This document shows, one piece after another, positions 14,528 through 28,163 of a stretch of DNA of 64,000 nucleotides (the first letter of the stretch is position 1; each line of letters begins with the position of its first letter). Location of the stretch: NCBI RefSeq assembly GCF_009914755.1, contig NC_060930.1, one strand, 5' to 3'. The stretch is from the human T2T-CHM13v2.0 reference genome, Homo sapiens. The position numbers and the translations under genes are program-made. The notes under the pieces are model-generated. The model saw only the letters and a list, made by a program, of their open reading frames with translations. It was not told where the DNA came from and ran no database searches.

Positions 14528-15479
14528 TAGCCTCTAAACACCACTCATCATCAAAGAGAGATGAAGTCATCTTCACAGGGGGCCGGGAGGGCAGCGGGAA
14601 GTGGTGGTCTACCGTCACCGGCTTCAACTGTCACTATCAAGCCTAAGGCTGCTTCTAGTTATTTTTCTCCACTTTGAACTTTTTCTCTTCCTTCTTCACT
14701 TAGGTTAGATGAAAAGTGCAAAGATTTTGGGGTGAGTAGCTTGCGTATTAAGCTGCAATGCTGTCCCTCCTTGACAGCTGCCGTTGGAAACCCAGGAGCC
14801 CAGCAGGATGGGGCAGGGTTGAGCAGAGGGTGGTGGATGAGGATTTGTCTGCATGTTTTCCTGGGTAATGGTACCTTCAGTACTTCCTGACTCCATTTCT
14901 AGCAGCCGTGTACCTTTAATAAATTTCATTTTTACGTGTAAATGGGCTGTGCAGTTTATAAATAGCCACATTGAAATTTTACCCTTAAAGCAAATTGCTC
15001 CCTGGTCTAGCTAGTTCGAGAATCTATTTATGATCTGTGTCTGTGGTTGACAACGTTGCTCCCCTGGTCATTGTAGAAGCTTCCCCCCCCCATATGCTGT
15101 ATAGACACGTGCCTTGCCAAGGTGAGTTCAGTCTGTCTTTTGAAGTTCCCTGCAACTGAACCAAACGGAGGAGGATGCCGAGTAGAGCAGACCCCTCTTG
15201 CCCTGCCTTCACCTCTTTCCTGCCAGAAACCATTCGCCAAGTTTGTGGAGTCGTGGCGCTGGATGGGCTTGTGTGTTTGTACCTTCCTTTTTTCCAAAAA
15301 GGACATGAGATGGCTTGTAGTATAACAGTTTCAAAAATAAGTGAAGAGGTCTGGATGAAGGGCAAGAGTCGAATTGGTGCCCACGATGCATGCCGTGGGT
15401 CTTGTGTGCGTGGGAAGGAACCTGACGCTTGTTCCAAGCTTCCCCGCAGCCACCACAGAAAGAACCACAGTCACAGCCA

Positions 15480-15680
15480 GTTTATGACAGTGACTCAGAG
15501 CACGAGCTTTGAAGCGACGCAGACCTGGGCTCAAATTCAAACTCTGGCTCCCCTGCTTTGTAACCATGTGTGTTTGAGAGGCTCTTATCTGTGCCAAGCC
15601 TTAGTTTACTTTTCTGTAAAATGGGGCTAACAATATCTACCTTATAGGGTTCTAGAGAGGATTAAAGAGCGTAATATAAG
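15480..15680 (+). mobile_element. MIR
   Basis: agacctgggctcaaatt...tctgtaaaatggggctaacaatatctacctt. Confidence 0.7.
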
Positions 15681-15685
15681 AATTT

Positions 15686-15993
<308 letters not shown>

Positions 15994-16871
15994 CACACAG
16001 TATCTAGAATCTAAAAAGTACTCAAAATGGCAGCTGCTATTGATACTAATAGAAACAAATGATAACACCCAGGAGATAAAACCAATGGTGGCATCCGGAG
16101 AAGCATGGCTCTTGGTGCCCTGAGCACTGAATGAGAGTTTCCTCCTGTCTTTGTGGGAACAGGGACACCGTGAGATGTAGTAACATGAAGACAGCTTCCT
16201 GGTCAGTCTTATCTCTCATCCCTCATAGACTCATCGTAAATCAGTAACCCCAGATGAAGCCATTTATTCATCCCAAACATTCACTGAGCGTCTGCCAGGT
16301 GTAGGGGGCACCAGGGATCAGATACAGTCCCTACCTTCAGGGAGCAGGGGGCAGGACAGGGCAGTGTTGTGTGGACAGAGCCGTGTTGGAGGAAGGGAGA
16401 GGCCCCGGGGGCAGCTCTCCCAGGCTGAGGGTGTGGGGTGGGCTGCCCAAGGGTCCAGACTGGGGAGGGGTGAGGAAGAAGCACTCAGGCAAGGAAGGCA
16501 GCCCTTGCAGAGGGAACAATGGGTGCAGGTGTTGTAACCCTTGGGTTCACAGTGATCAGGGAGCATCACTGGGTAGCTTCTTGAAGTCCTGGGCATGAAG
16601 GGAATGGGAGGAGAGATAGGAGAGGTGAGCAGGGCTGGGTCAAGGGCCTGTGGATGCTACACTGAGGAGTTTGCATCCCATACCAGCAGCTACTCAAGCA
16701 GTACTCCCCAACCTTGCTGCACAGAAGACTCTGCTGGGGAGCTTGAAAAATCCTGATACCCAGGTTGATACCATACACATTAAGTCACAATATCTGGGGC
16801 CGGGAGCCAGGCAGCTGTCCTTTTTGAAGACCCATGGGTGACTCCAGCATGCAGAAAAGTATGGGAACCAC

Positions 16872-17079
16872 TCGGTGCTGTGCTGGCAAGCCAGTTTTAT
16901 TGGGGTCAGACTGGGTGCAGGGAGCTTTGGTTTGTAGCATTTGTCCATTGCTGTGGTGTAAATTCTCCCATCGTGGCCACTTTCAACCTACGGCTCCACA
17001 TCACTGAGCTCAGAGTTGGGACCAGCTGGGTGCACCGTCGGCTTGCAAGCCTGCAGGAGCTGGCTCCAGCACACACTGG
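16872..17079 (-). mobile_element. MER63-like hAT DNA transposon fossil
   Basis: Termini ..gtgctgg / ..ccagcacacactgg; internal tttgtagcatttg...gtggtgtaaat..tccca resembles the reverse-complement MER63 consensus as I recall it. Confidence 0.6.
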
Positions 17080-17880
17080 ACACTGCTAAAGGGCTGCAAG
17101 AGGTAGAGACACAATTAGACAGAAGTCTAGGCAGTGTTAGTTTGGAGGGGAAAGACACCAGATGGGAGGCCGTTGAGCTGAGATTTTTGGGTAACCTTAA
17201 GTCTGGTAGGAGTGGTGGGGTGCAGGGGAGAGGTGTGGAGGTGCTGTCTGCGATCCTTGGGCCTCTTGAGTGCTGATCGAGACTCTGCTGTGACTTCCAC
17301 AGCCAGGAGTTCTCCAGACCCCGACTATCCTCATGGCTGTCTACCTAACCTCAGTCTCTGGTCTATAGGATTGAACTAATGACTTTAGGGGCCAGATAAG
17401 AGTAGCTGGCCCTTTGCCCAGAGGGGAGGAGGACGGGGTGGAGGAGAAGGGAAGCTACAAAATGCAGTGACAGTGGTGGACCCTGCCCTCAGCTGCAGCT
17501 CGTGCCTGTGGCTTCTGACACCCAGTGACCTCAGGACTAGGTGACACCAGAGAAGGTGGATGCTGGTCAGTGTTGGAGCAGGACAGAGGGGAGGAAGGAT
17601 ATGAGGCCCAAGGAACCCAGACAAAAGGGATGCACGGGGTGACGGAGGAAGGGTGAGCTCCGGAGAGAACATGAGGCCCAGCTCCCCTCCACTTTTGCCC
17701 AAGGCCTCACTGTGTTGCCTTTCCACCTGCTTAAAAGAAGCAGCTTAGGGTCATGACTCAGGGAGAGGCGGTTAGACAAGTCCAATAATACAACTTGTTT
17801 AGGGGATGGAGGGACCCAGCCTGAGGCCCTGAGCCCAGGGAAGCAGCTGTGGCAAGCTGAGCCTGGTCATGGTGTCCCTG

Positions 17881-18280
17881 AGGCTCTGCAGGTATGGACA
17901 TGCCTCTGCTGGTATGCATGCAGCTCTGCAGGTGGGGACACGGCTCTGCAGGTGGGGACATGGCTCTGCAGGTATGCACGTGGCTCTGCAGGTGGGGACA
18001 CGGCTCTGCAGGTGTCGACATGCCTCTGCTGGTATGCACGCAGCTCTGCAGGTGGGGACATGGCTCTGCAGGTATGCCTGCGGCTCTGCAGGTATGCATG
18101 TGGCTCTGCAGGTATGCATGCAGCTCTGCAGGTGGGGACATGCCTCTACCAGTATGCACGTGGCTCTGCAGGTGTGCACCCGGCTCTGCAGGTATGGACA
18201 CAGCTCTGCAGGTGTGGACAGGGCTCTGCAGGTGTGCATGCAGCTCTACAGGTGTGGATGCACCTCTGCAGGTATGCACA
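17881..18280. repeat. Minisatellite, 20 x 20-bp units (consensus yggctctgcaggtrkgsayr)
   Basis: Exact 20-nt register with no indels across 400 bp. Confidence 0.97.
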
Positions 18281-18384
18281 TGGCCCCTGGAGCTGTCTTC
18301 CCTGCTGTACCTTCTACCCCTTCATGGGCATTTGTAACCTAAGCCAAAAGGGAACATAACAAGTCCAGAAATAAGTCAAAACCA

Positions 18385-18568
18385 GAACCACTCAAACTTC
18401 AGCGTGTGTGCATAGGAATCTCCTGGAGGGCTTGTTAAAACACAGATTCCTGGCCCCACCCCTGGAGAGTCTGGCTCAGCAGATCTGGGGTAGGCCCAGG
18501 ACTTCGCATTTCTAACAAGCACCCAGAGGAGGTCCAACGACCACACTTTGAGAATCACTGGTCTAGAC
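18385..18568 (+). mobile_element. MER5A-like hAT-Charlie element
   Basis: gaatctcctggagggcttgttaaaacacagattcctggccccaccc...gcatttctaacaagc...gaccacactttgagaatcactg. Confidence 0.8.
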
Positions 18569-19776
18569 TTAACAGATCCCTTCTGCCCATTCCCTGCTCT
18601 GGTCATTCACCCGGGGGTGGTGCTCCCGACTGACTTCTTAGTTCTCTGAGGTAGAAAGGTTTGTTGTCAGCAGTGATACTGGACTAGCCACTGCAGGGGA
18701 TATTGACCATGCCTGTGACAGTTGGGCCCAGCCCTGTCCACACGGAATGCTTGTCTAAGTCCAGGATAAAAGACAAGCCTGAGGCCTCAGAAAAGATGTG
18801 CTGCAGCCCCTGTCCGGGCTGTGCCTTCTGCTGTGGGCAGCTGATTCCAGGGCATGCCGTCTGCTTGCCACATTCCCTGAGTCCTCACTGATGTGGTTGA
18901 GGGGACCCCATCAAAGGCAGGTGCCTCATTTCACTCTGCTTTGCTGCCTGTTCCCTGGACTCAAGGGCATAGTTTCTGTCAAATTAATTTGCGCTTGTGC
19001 AGGTTTGTTAGAAACTTTGAAGTGCTTCTGGGTCTTTCCATGGGGGTTCTGGTTAGGTGTCATCACCCAGGCCAGGGGATTCAGCGTCTCCCATCCCTTT
19101 CCCACCTTTCCATGACACCCAATGGCATGTTGACTCGGAGGGCGCTCAGTAACTGAGGAATGGACTGCTGACTGATAGTGCAGTTTATATGTTAACGGGG
19201 GAGCTATAGAGCCTGGGGATTGGAGCCTGCTAGGTCCAGTCATCTGTGCAACAGTTTCTACCTAATTAAAAGAAGAGGCTTTGGGTTATGACTCAGGGAG
19301 AGACAGTTAGACATGTCCAGTAATAGAACTTGTCACGACGGAGAGCCAGGCTCCTCAGCCCTGGCCTGCCAAGCTTGTATTCTCTTCTTACTGTGCTCCC
19401 ATGGGGAATGATCCTATAAACAGCTGCTGCTCATTGCTGAAGCCAGGGGAGACTTCTTGTGATGACTGACAGACCACACAGAGCAGGTAGCCCCTCTCTT
19501 GGGTTTTAGCCCTGGTGACCTCTCATAGGGTGGCTGAGGGGTACACAGACCCGCTGACTTCCCTCAGGGTGCAGGATGGAGCAGGCCTCTCGGTAGTGCG
19601 ACCATGAAAGTTTTCAAATTTTCTGAGATTTCCTCAGCCAGGTGTTGATGGCCATGGGGATAAAGGACAGAGGTAACACAGGCAGCAAAAAAATAAAAAA
19701 AAACCCCACAGGTTTGGGGTGAGCCTTTCTTAGGAGCTCCATTAGCCAACAGCCAAGATACCTCATTTTGCACTCA

Positions 19777-20235
<459 letters not shown>

Positions 20236-20567
20236 CTAGATGGGTGCTTTTCTTGAGTCTGAGATGGGGCAGTTGTATCACCTGCAGTGTTGAGTTATAC
20301 AATGATACATGAAGCATGATAATAGCTGCATCTCATAACATAGATAAATCTGCTGACACTACTTTTACAACACTCAAACAGAAGCAAAACTAAAGAGTGC
20401 ATTTTTAACTACTTATTCTTGAAATAATTTCAGACCTACAGAAAAAATTTAAGAACAAGAGGGAACTCCCATATGTCCTTCACCCAGATTCACTAAATTT
20501 TAACCTTTTGCCACACACGTTATTATTTTTTGAACCGTTTGAAAGTAGGTTGCATATATCACATTGG

Positions 20568-20973
20568 TGTTAGTCCATTTGCCTTGCTGTAAAGGAATAC
20601 CTGAGGCTGGGTAATTTATAAAGGAAAGAGGTTTATTTGGCTCATGGTAATGCAGGCTATACAGGAAGCATGGTGCCAGCATCTGCTTCTGGGGAGGGTC
20701 TCAGGAAGCTTACAGTCATGGTGGAAGAGGAAGGGGAGCCAGTGTGTCATATGACGAGGGAGGGAGCAAGGAGAGGGAGGTTGCAGGTTCCTTTAAACAA
20801 CTAGCTCTCCTGTGAACCAGCAAGAACTCATTCATTACCATGGGGTTGTCACCAAGCTATTAATGAGGGATCTGTCCATATGATCCAAACACCTCCCACC
20901 AGGCCCCACCTCCAACACTGGAGGTCACGTTTTAACGTGAGATTTGGAAGGGACACACATCCAAACCATGTCA
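20568..20973 (-). mobile_element. MaLR LTR (MST-like solo LTR)
   Basis: tgttagtccatttg..ttgct.taaaggaatacctgaggctgggtaatttataaag...gagatttgg.agggacaca.atccaaacca..tca. Confidence 0.85.
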
Positions 20974-21684
20974 GTGTCTCTTTACTTAAGTGCAAAATAT
21001 ACTCTCCTACATATAGTATAGGTACACATTTGGGAAATTTAACATTGACAAAGTACTTCAATCTCATCTGCAGGCAATATTCCAAATTGATCACTTGTCT
21101 CAGTGATGTCCTTTGAAGCACCTTTTCCCGCCTTGAGTCCAGCATCACATACTGCATTTTGTGGTCATGTCTCTAGTCTTTAATCTGCATCTGTTCCTCG
21201 GCTTTCTGTCTTTCAAAACATTGATGTTTTTGGAGAATGCAAGCCTTCTTTTCCGTTAAGTCGAGGGTCCCTACATTTACATTTTCCTAGTGTTTCATTA
21301 TAATCACATTCAGTGTATGGATCCCTGACCAGAATGCTACCTACATGATGCTGTATCCTTCTCAGGGTACCAGATCTGGAGGCACACGGTGTCCATCTGC
21401 CACTCATTAGTGATGTTAATTTTGGTCACCCAGTCAAGGTGCTATTCAGTTTCTCCACTTACGGTTAATATGTTTTCCCTTCCAACTAATCAGCAATCTA
21501 TGGGAGACACTTTGAGACCATGCTGGTATCCTGCCTTTTACTAAACTTTCCCTTAAGATTTATCATCAACAGATAATTTTTGCTGAACAATTATTTACTA
21601 TGACAGTTGTAAAATGATGATTTTTAAATGATTTCCTCCAAATTTATTACTTGGTATTCTACTATAGAGCCCTCTCTTGTTCCC

Positions 21685-22510
21685 CATTCACCCACCTACA
21701 CACCCACCCACCTGCACACTGATTCACCCATCTGTCACCCATTAACCCATCCATTCATCCACTCATTCACCCACCCACCTGCTTATCCACTCATCGTCCA
21801 CCTATCTACCCACCCATCCACCTATCCACCTACTTGTCTACCCACCATCCACCCATCCCTCTATCCAGCCAGTCATCCATCCATCCATCCAGTCATCCAC
21901 CCATCCAGCCATCCAGCCATCAATCCACCCAGCCATCCACCCATCCATGCACCCACCCATCCACCCACCCACTCACCCACTTACCTATCCATCCATCTTT
22001 CATCTACCCATTCACCCACCCATCCATCCATCCTCACATTCACCTGTCCATCCATCCACCCACCTATCCATCTACTGATGCATCCACTGATCCATCCATC
22101 CACCCACCCATTCTCTTATCCACCTTTCTATCCATCCACTGATCCATCCATCCACCCACCCATCCATCCATCCCCATTCACCCATCCATCTATCCATTCA
22201 GTCGCCCATCTATTCACCCATCCATCCATCCCCCCATTCATCCATCCACCCATTATCCATCCATTCAGCCATCCACCCATCCATTCACCCATTCATCTAT
22301 CCATCCACTCACCCACCCACCTACCCATCCACCCATCTATCCATCCACTCAGCTATCCATCCATCCATCCATCCATCCATCCACTCAGCTATTCATCCAT
22401 CCACCCACCCATCCATCCACTCAGCTATTCATTCATCCATCCATCCACCCACCTACCCATCCACCCAGCTATTCAACCATCCATCCATCCATCCATCTAT
22501 TCACCCATCT
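21685..22510. repeat. Degenerate (TCCA/CCCA)n tetranucleotide tract, about 820 bp
   Basis: Nearly G-free ccat/ccac repetition; source of the His/Pro/Ser 294-aa pseudo-ORF. Confidence 0.95.
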
Positions 22511-23154
22511 AGTTATCATCAGTATAGATTCATGAATTTCTATTTTATTCATCAGGTTAAAATCCATTACTGTCCTCATACAGTTTGATGTTCAGATTGT
22601 CCCAGATTTGGCCAGCAAAAGCCCCTTTAAGCTGACTCCAGCAACAATATGTATTTTAAATGTATTTTCTAAAACTAAGTTGAGTATTAAATAAATAGTT
22701 CTATTAATAATAAGGCAAATTTGATCATTAGGATGACTCAGATTTTAGGGGGAAATTAGTGTCCCTGAAGGCATAAAGGAGACTGAGAAGCAGTTTCTGT
22801 CTCCACAGTTGGCTTCACTGACCTCTGTGCTATCAGAGAGCTTAGGATCTGACATCTGCCTCATCATCTTACCCTGGATCTGCTTTCTGTGGAAGAATTG
22901 CAGCAGACATGGTCATGTTGCAGTTAGGACTGGGCAGCAGCAAAGCCAGACTCGAGGCACCTAGACCTGAGTTTGGAGCACTGTTAGCTGAATCCAGAGA
23001 GCTCAGCCTTCCTGAGCCCTGAAGAGACCACAGAGGTGGCCTAGTGGGTGCCACATGCAGCCTGGCTGGGAGTAAGAAGGAGAATGGGAAAAACCATGGC
23101 CTCCTTGGTTTGCAGAGAAGGAAGAATCACTGTTGTTACTTCTCTTTGCTTTAG

Positions 23155-23216
23155 GTTGGCTCCCATCATCTGAGACTCCACAGAGGCCTGGAAGCCAATG
23201 CCCCTGCTTTCGACAG
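23155..23216 (+). CDS. SYNJ2: SYNJ2 exon 6
   Basis: tttgctttag|GTT; CAG|gtaggg; 62 nt; VGSHHLRLHRGLEANAPAFD(R). Confidence 0.96.
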
Positions 23217-23689
23217 GTAGGGATTGTCTGACACCATCCAAGCCTGTCATTGTCATCCTTAGACATCGTCCTCCCATCAGACACAAGGGAGAGGGTGCGA
23301 CGGGAAAGGGAGGACCCTGAACCCTGAATCTAAAGCTGCTTTCCCTTTGGTCCTTTATGCAAGAAGGGAGATGACAAAATGGGATTTTTACTTTGTTCTC
23401 AGGTTTCCTGAAGGTAAATTAATGAATGTTCAGGTAGCACTTTATAATTATTTTATCTTACCAGTTTCTTGCAATGAGGCTTCATCTCTATGCCCTGGTT
23501 AATAAGGGATCATCTAAATTATAGGGTATTTGAAGCTGTTTGTTTTTTGTTTTAAAATAGTATAGAATAAATAAGTATAGAAAAGTATAAAGTGAAAAAT
23601 AAAAGTACCCTAACTCCCAGTTACCACTCTCAGAGATTTTACTATTAGTAGTTTTTTACATGTCATTCTAGAAAACAATTTTGGCATTT

Positions 23690-23691
<2 letters not shown>

Positions 23692-23724
<33 letters not shown>
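23692..23724. repeat. (TG)16 microsatellite
   Basis: Perfect TG run. Confidence 0.97.
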
Positions 23725-23726
<2 letters not shown>

Positions 23727-24207
23727 TTAAATACACAAATTGGATCATAACACATTTACTGTTTTGCAGCTTGCTTAAGAAAAGCAGAGCTATTTGTAAT
23801 ATGTATTTGAAATAATAACTTCTTAAAAGATTTGCTTATTTAATCTAAATACTCAATATTTTAAAATTGTCTTAGTGAATATAGTAAAAATTCTCGAAAG
23901 TAATGTGTTAAGTGTTTGAGTCCTTCTACCTGAAGCTTTATTGAGACTTTAAGTTTGCTTTCATACTCTTGTTAAACATAACACTTGTCATATGAGCCCA
24001 GATGTGACCCCCTGATTAGTGTGTGACATGTAATGCGCTTTTCTTTAAAGAGATATTTAATCAAGTATAGACAAGACCATTGCCTTTTCCAAAGCATTAT
24101 TAGTATGTCCTGAGCATTCTACATGCGGAGTTCTTTCAGTTGACATTCATCTATACTAAATTGTCTTAGGAAATAGTGAACATGAAACCAAAAATGAAAT
24201 TCTACCT

Positions 24208-24294
24208 GGCTGAGCTTGGTGGCTCAGATTTTAGGGAGTCGCCTGGGTGACAGAGCGAGACTCCATCTCAAAACAAAACAAACAAAAAACAAAA
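24208..24294 (+). mobile_element. Internally deleted Alu (both ends retained)
   Basis: ggctgagcttggtggctca + short filler + gcctgggtgacagagcgagactccatctc + tail; TSD-like attctacc. Confidence 0.85.
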
Positions 24295-25484
24295 ATATTC
24301 TACCCGAAGCTGACCCAAAACAAGAGGGAAGGGTCATGCTGGGTTCGCTTCAGGAACCCTCCTATGTTTAGGAGCTTTCTTAAAAAATACATACATCTAG
24401 TTGAAGCACATTTGCATAGACTGCAGATTTTTCAGAATCCTGGTAATGCATGGTGTGTGAGATGCACGTACCACAGAGAATGAGACCTCTCTCTCCTCAC
24501 AAGCACCCCAGAGGCTGCCTTGCCCCTTGGAAAGCATTCCTAAATCTAGGGGTACACTTAGATCTCTTCTGCAAATCACAGGACAAGCTGCTGAAAGGGT
24601 GAGTCTTTCTACAGGCAGCTACTGTGTCCAGGAAGTCTCTTCTGTAATGCTTCTTACCCACGACACTGGGCTGGAGGCAGGAGCCCTCCCGTTCCCTTGC
24701 AGGTGCTGCTGCTCTCATGTTCATTGCTGACTATGTTCCCCTCATTCGAGATAACGTTTGGAAATAAGGTGACATGTCTGCCTAGTGGCCGCAGTGGGGC
24801 ACCATGAGGGTCCCCCTGAAAGCAGGCTGCCCAGGTCCTCGATGGTGTCCCTGGACTGGCATGTGCATTGTCCTGGGTGCTTCCCAATTCTCTTCTCTGG
24901 GACATCACTGCGCTCTCAAGAGTCGTGCGGTTCTCTGATGGATTTGGTTGAGAGTAAATCCTTTCTTTCCCCCGCAAAACCTTCACACAGATAGTTTTTC
25001 TTCCCAGAGGATGCTTGTTTTCCTTTGCCTGAGCTGCATGGGTGCCCCTGTTAGCCGAGGCGGTCTCTTGTCACTTTGCTGTATGTGCTCCATATCTGAG
25101 GAGGGCTGTTTGCAGCAGGACTTTGGCTGCAGCTGCTTGAGTGGGGTCTTGTCATCTCTGTGTGGTGATGAGTCTCGGTGGAAGGGCTAACCTTTCACAG
25201 GGCGGTGCCTCAGTCTCTCCTCACAGGACAGTGAACCCCTTCTCCTTCCCCGCCCCGCTCTGCGTGCGGCTGCTGTGCACATCAGGGTGTGCTGAACTCT
25301 TGGTCCCTCCCTGAAGATGAGAAGGATGCTTCCAAATAGAAATCTGATTCCTCAGTATCCCGAAAAACTCCTGTTTTCCAAGTAGCTTCCTATGACAGTA
25401 ACCCGTAGGCAGGGGAAGTGAAAAAAAGGCCTCAATGCTCAGGGTGACCCAGGAAGAAGCCCGTATGATGCCGACCTTGCTGCT

Positions 25485-25558
25485 GGTGCCAGCGTCCCCT
25501 TACACCCTGGGTGCCAGCGCTCCCTTACGCCCTGGGTGCCAGCGTCCCCTTACCTGGG
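25485..25558. repeat. 25-bp tandem repeat x3
   Basis: ggtgccagcgyycccttacrccctg at 25485, 25510, 25535. Confidence 0.9.
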
Positions 25559-26801
25559 TCGGCAGGGCCTCTCAGCTCACCAATAACGAGCATTTTACAA
25601 TAAAGGGAAAGAAAGAGGAACCACGTCCCACACACCAAGCACTGTCCTTGTCACTTTCACTCGTCTTTTTAGTCCTCCTCGCCATTCTCCGCAGGAGGGG
25701 AAGTAGCCCTGCTTTATAGATGAAGGAGCCAGCTCAGAAGGGATGAATCATTTGATCAGGGGAGTTTGGGGTTGGGACAGCATAGAGTAATGATGAGGAA
25801 TAGTGAGTAATAATGAGTAATAACAGTTTCCTTCTGGCCCTGGGCTTTGGAACCAGTTGAGAAGAAGGGGCAGGAATGAGACAGGAAGAGATCAGAAATG
25901 GGCCTTGTTTCCGATGAGCCACATTGTGGGATGTGGCTTGGATGTGTGGCCACGGTGGGCTCCCTCACCAGGGGCAGAGCCTGCACGTGTCAGAGCCAGG
26001 CCTGGGATGCACCTTCTCTGGGCAGACCGACCCAAAAGAAAGCCCACAAGGGCTGAAGCCACACACAGCCCGCCCCAGGGCTGCCTGGAGCTGCACGTGG
26101 AGACGGGAGCCCGGGAGGGTGCTCACCCTTAACTTAGGCCAGGGAGTCAGCAGGCAAGCCTAACTTCAAACTACCCACTTCAAAATCCATAGTCTTTCTA
26201 CTACTGTCCCTTAAAGTTAGTAAGAGAATGTTTTCTCTTACTGCATAAGAAAAAAAATGATTTTTTTCATGATCATTATTAGCTCTTTAAAAAATTCCGC
26301 TCATAAACGTGTCATTACAGAAATTTGGAAAAGAGAAAGATGTTTAAAGAAGAAAAGAACTTGAATCATATAAAATTCTACCACTTTTGACATCATGTGT
26401 TTTTTTCCAGTGTTTTTTCTATATTTAGGCATAAAGATTGCACCATTAAACGATAATTTGACATCTGCTTTTTGCATTGTATCATTTCCCTATGTTTTGT
26501 TTAAGGCACTACATTTCAACATGTTTAAATTTGAAATGTAAGGTTACTTTTAAAAAGCTGGTGATCAAGAATAAATATTGGAATCTCTCCCTAATATTTC
26601 AACATACATATTTAGAAAGTAGCTTCCAATACAAGGAATGTTTTCCAAAGCCTGCAAGTTTTGTTGTATCTCCTTGTTGTGGTTTAGCATAATGCAATAT
26701 AGCACTTAGATTGAAAACAGGATGCTGAGTTGAGAGCTCTCCTGCCAGTTGTTCTAGTTTTGAGAAGGGTGGGTACCAAGCAAAATAAGAGATTCATTTC
26801 A

Positions 26802-27146
<345 letters not shown>

Positions 27147-27444
27147 TCAGGTTAGGTGTTCTAGATATAATGGGAGGTGCTTTATAGAAAGTGCAGCATA
27201 TCCTTTGTCTGATTCCAAACAAATGTAGAAGTCTACGCTAGCTAGTAGTAATGGCAGCTGGGAGGTGCAGGTTCTCTCCACCCAGGCTCATTTTCCACGC
27301 TTTGGGTCATGGGGGACAGCTGGTCCTGGACTGTGGCACTAAGAAAGCATGACTCCTGCCCCGTCTTCCCTTGAGGGGCAGAACAGGGCAGAGTCTGCAC
27401 CTGTGCCCGTGCCCAGCATCACGCCCACCCCGCTGCCTTTGCAG

Positions 27445-27541
27445 GCACATGGTGCTTCTGAAGGAGCAGTACGGGCAGCAGGTGGTCGTGAACCTTCTGG
27501 GAAGCAGAGGCGGAGAGGAGGTGCTCAACAGAGCCTTCAAG
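27445..27541 (+). CDS. SYNJ2: SYNJ2 exon 7
   Basis: ctttgcag|G; AAG|gtaagg; 97 nt; [32 protein letters not shown]. Confidence 0.97.
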
Positions 27542-27721
27542 GTAAGGCCAGGCTGTCCTCTCCACAGCTGGGCTGGGCGGCAGGTGGCCATGGTGGAGCG
27601 TTGAGCCTGGAGGTGGCTCCTGCAGGGACTGGAGCTGACAGCCCAGCCCTCCTTCGTTTCCTGAGGCTTCCCCAGCATTCCGACCAGTGAACACGGCAGT
27701 GCTCAGTGACTCGGGCCCTGA

Positions 27722-28163
<442 letters not shown>

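Larger units (their letters stand above)
20400..22640 (-). mobile_element. Old L1M (L1MC/MD-like) 3' region, interrupted by an MST LTR and a TCCA tract
   Basis: ttgaaataatttcagac.tacagaaaa; ttgatgttcagattgtcccagatttggccag; fragments flank the inserts. Confidence 0.6.

Noticed and set aside
17758-18359. Long ORFs on both strands and a CRISPR-like constant/variable pattern
   Set aside because: A 20-bp minisatellite without stop triplets; the variable parts are related to each other, not unique spacers, and the context is eukaryotic with no cas genes
21628-22512. 294-aa His/Pro/Ser-rich ORF
   Set aside because: Translation of a G-poor TCCA simple repeat that rarely forms stops; no coding signature
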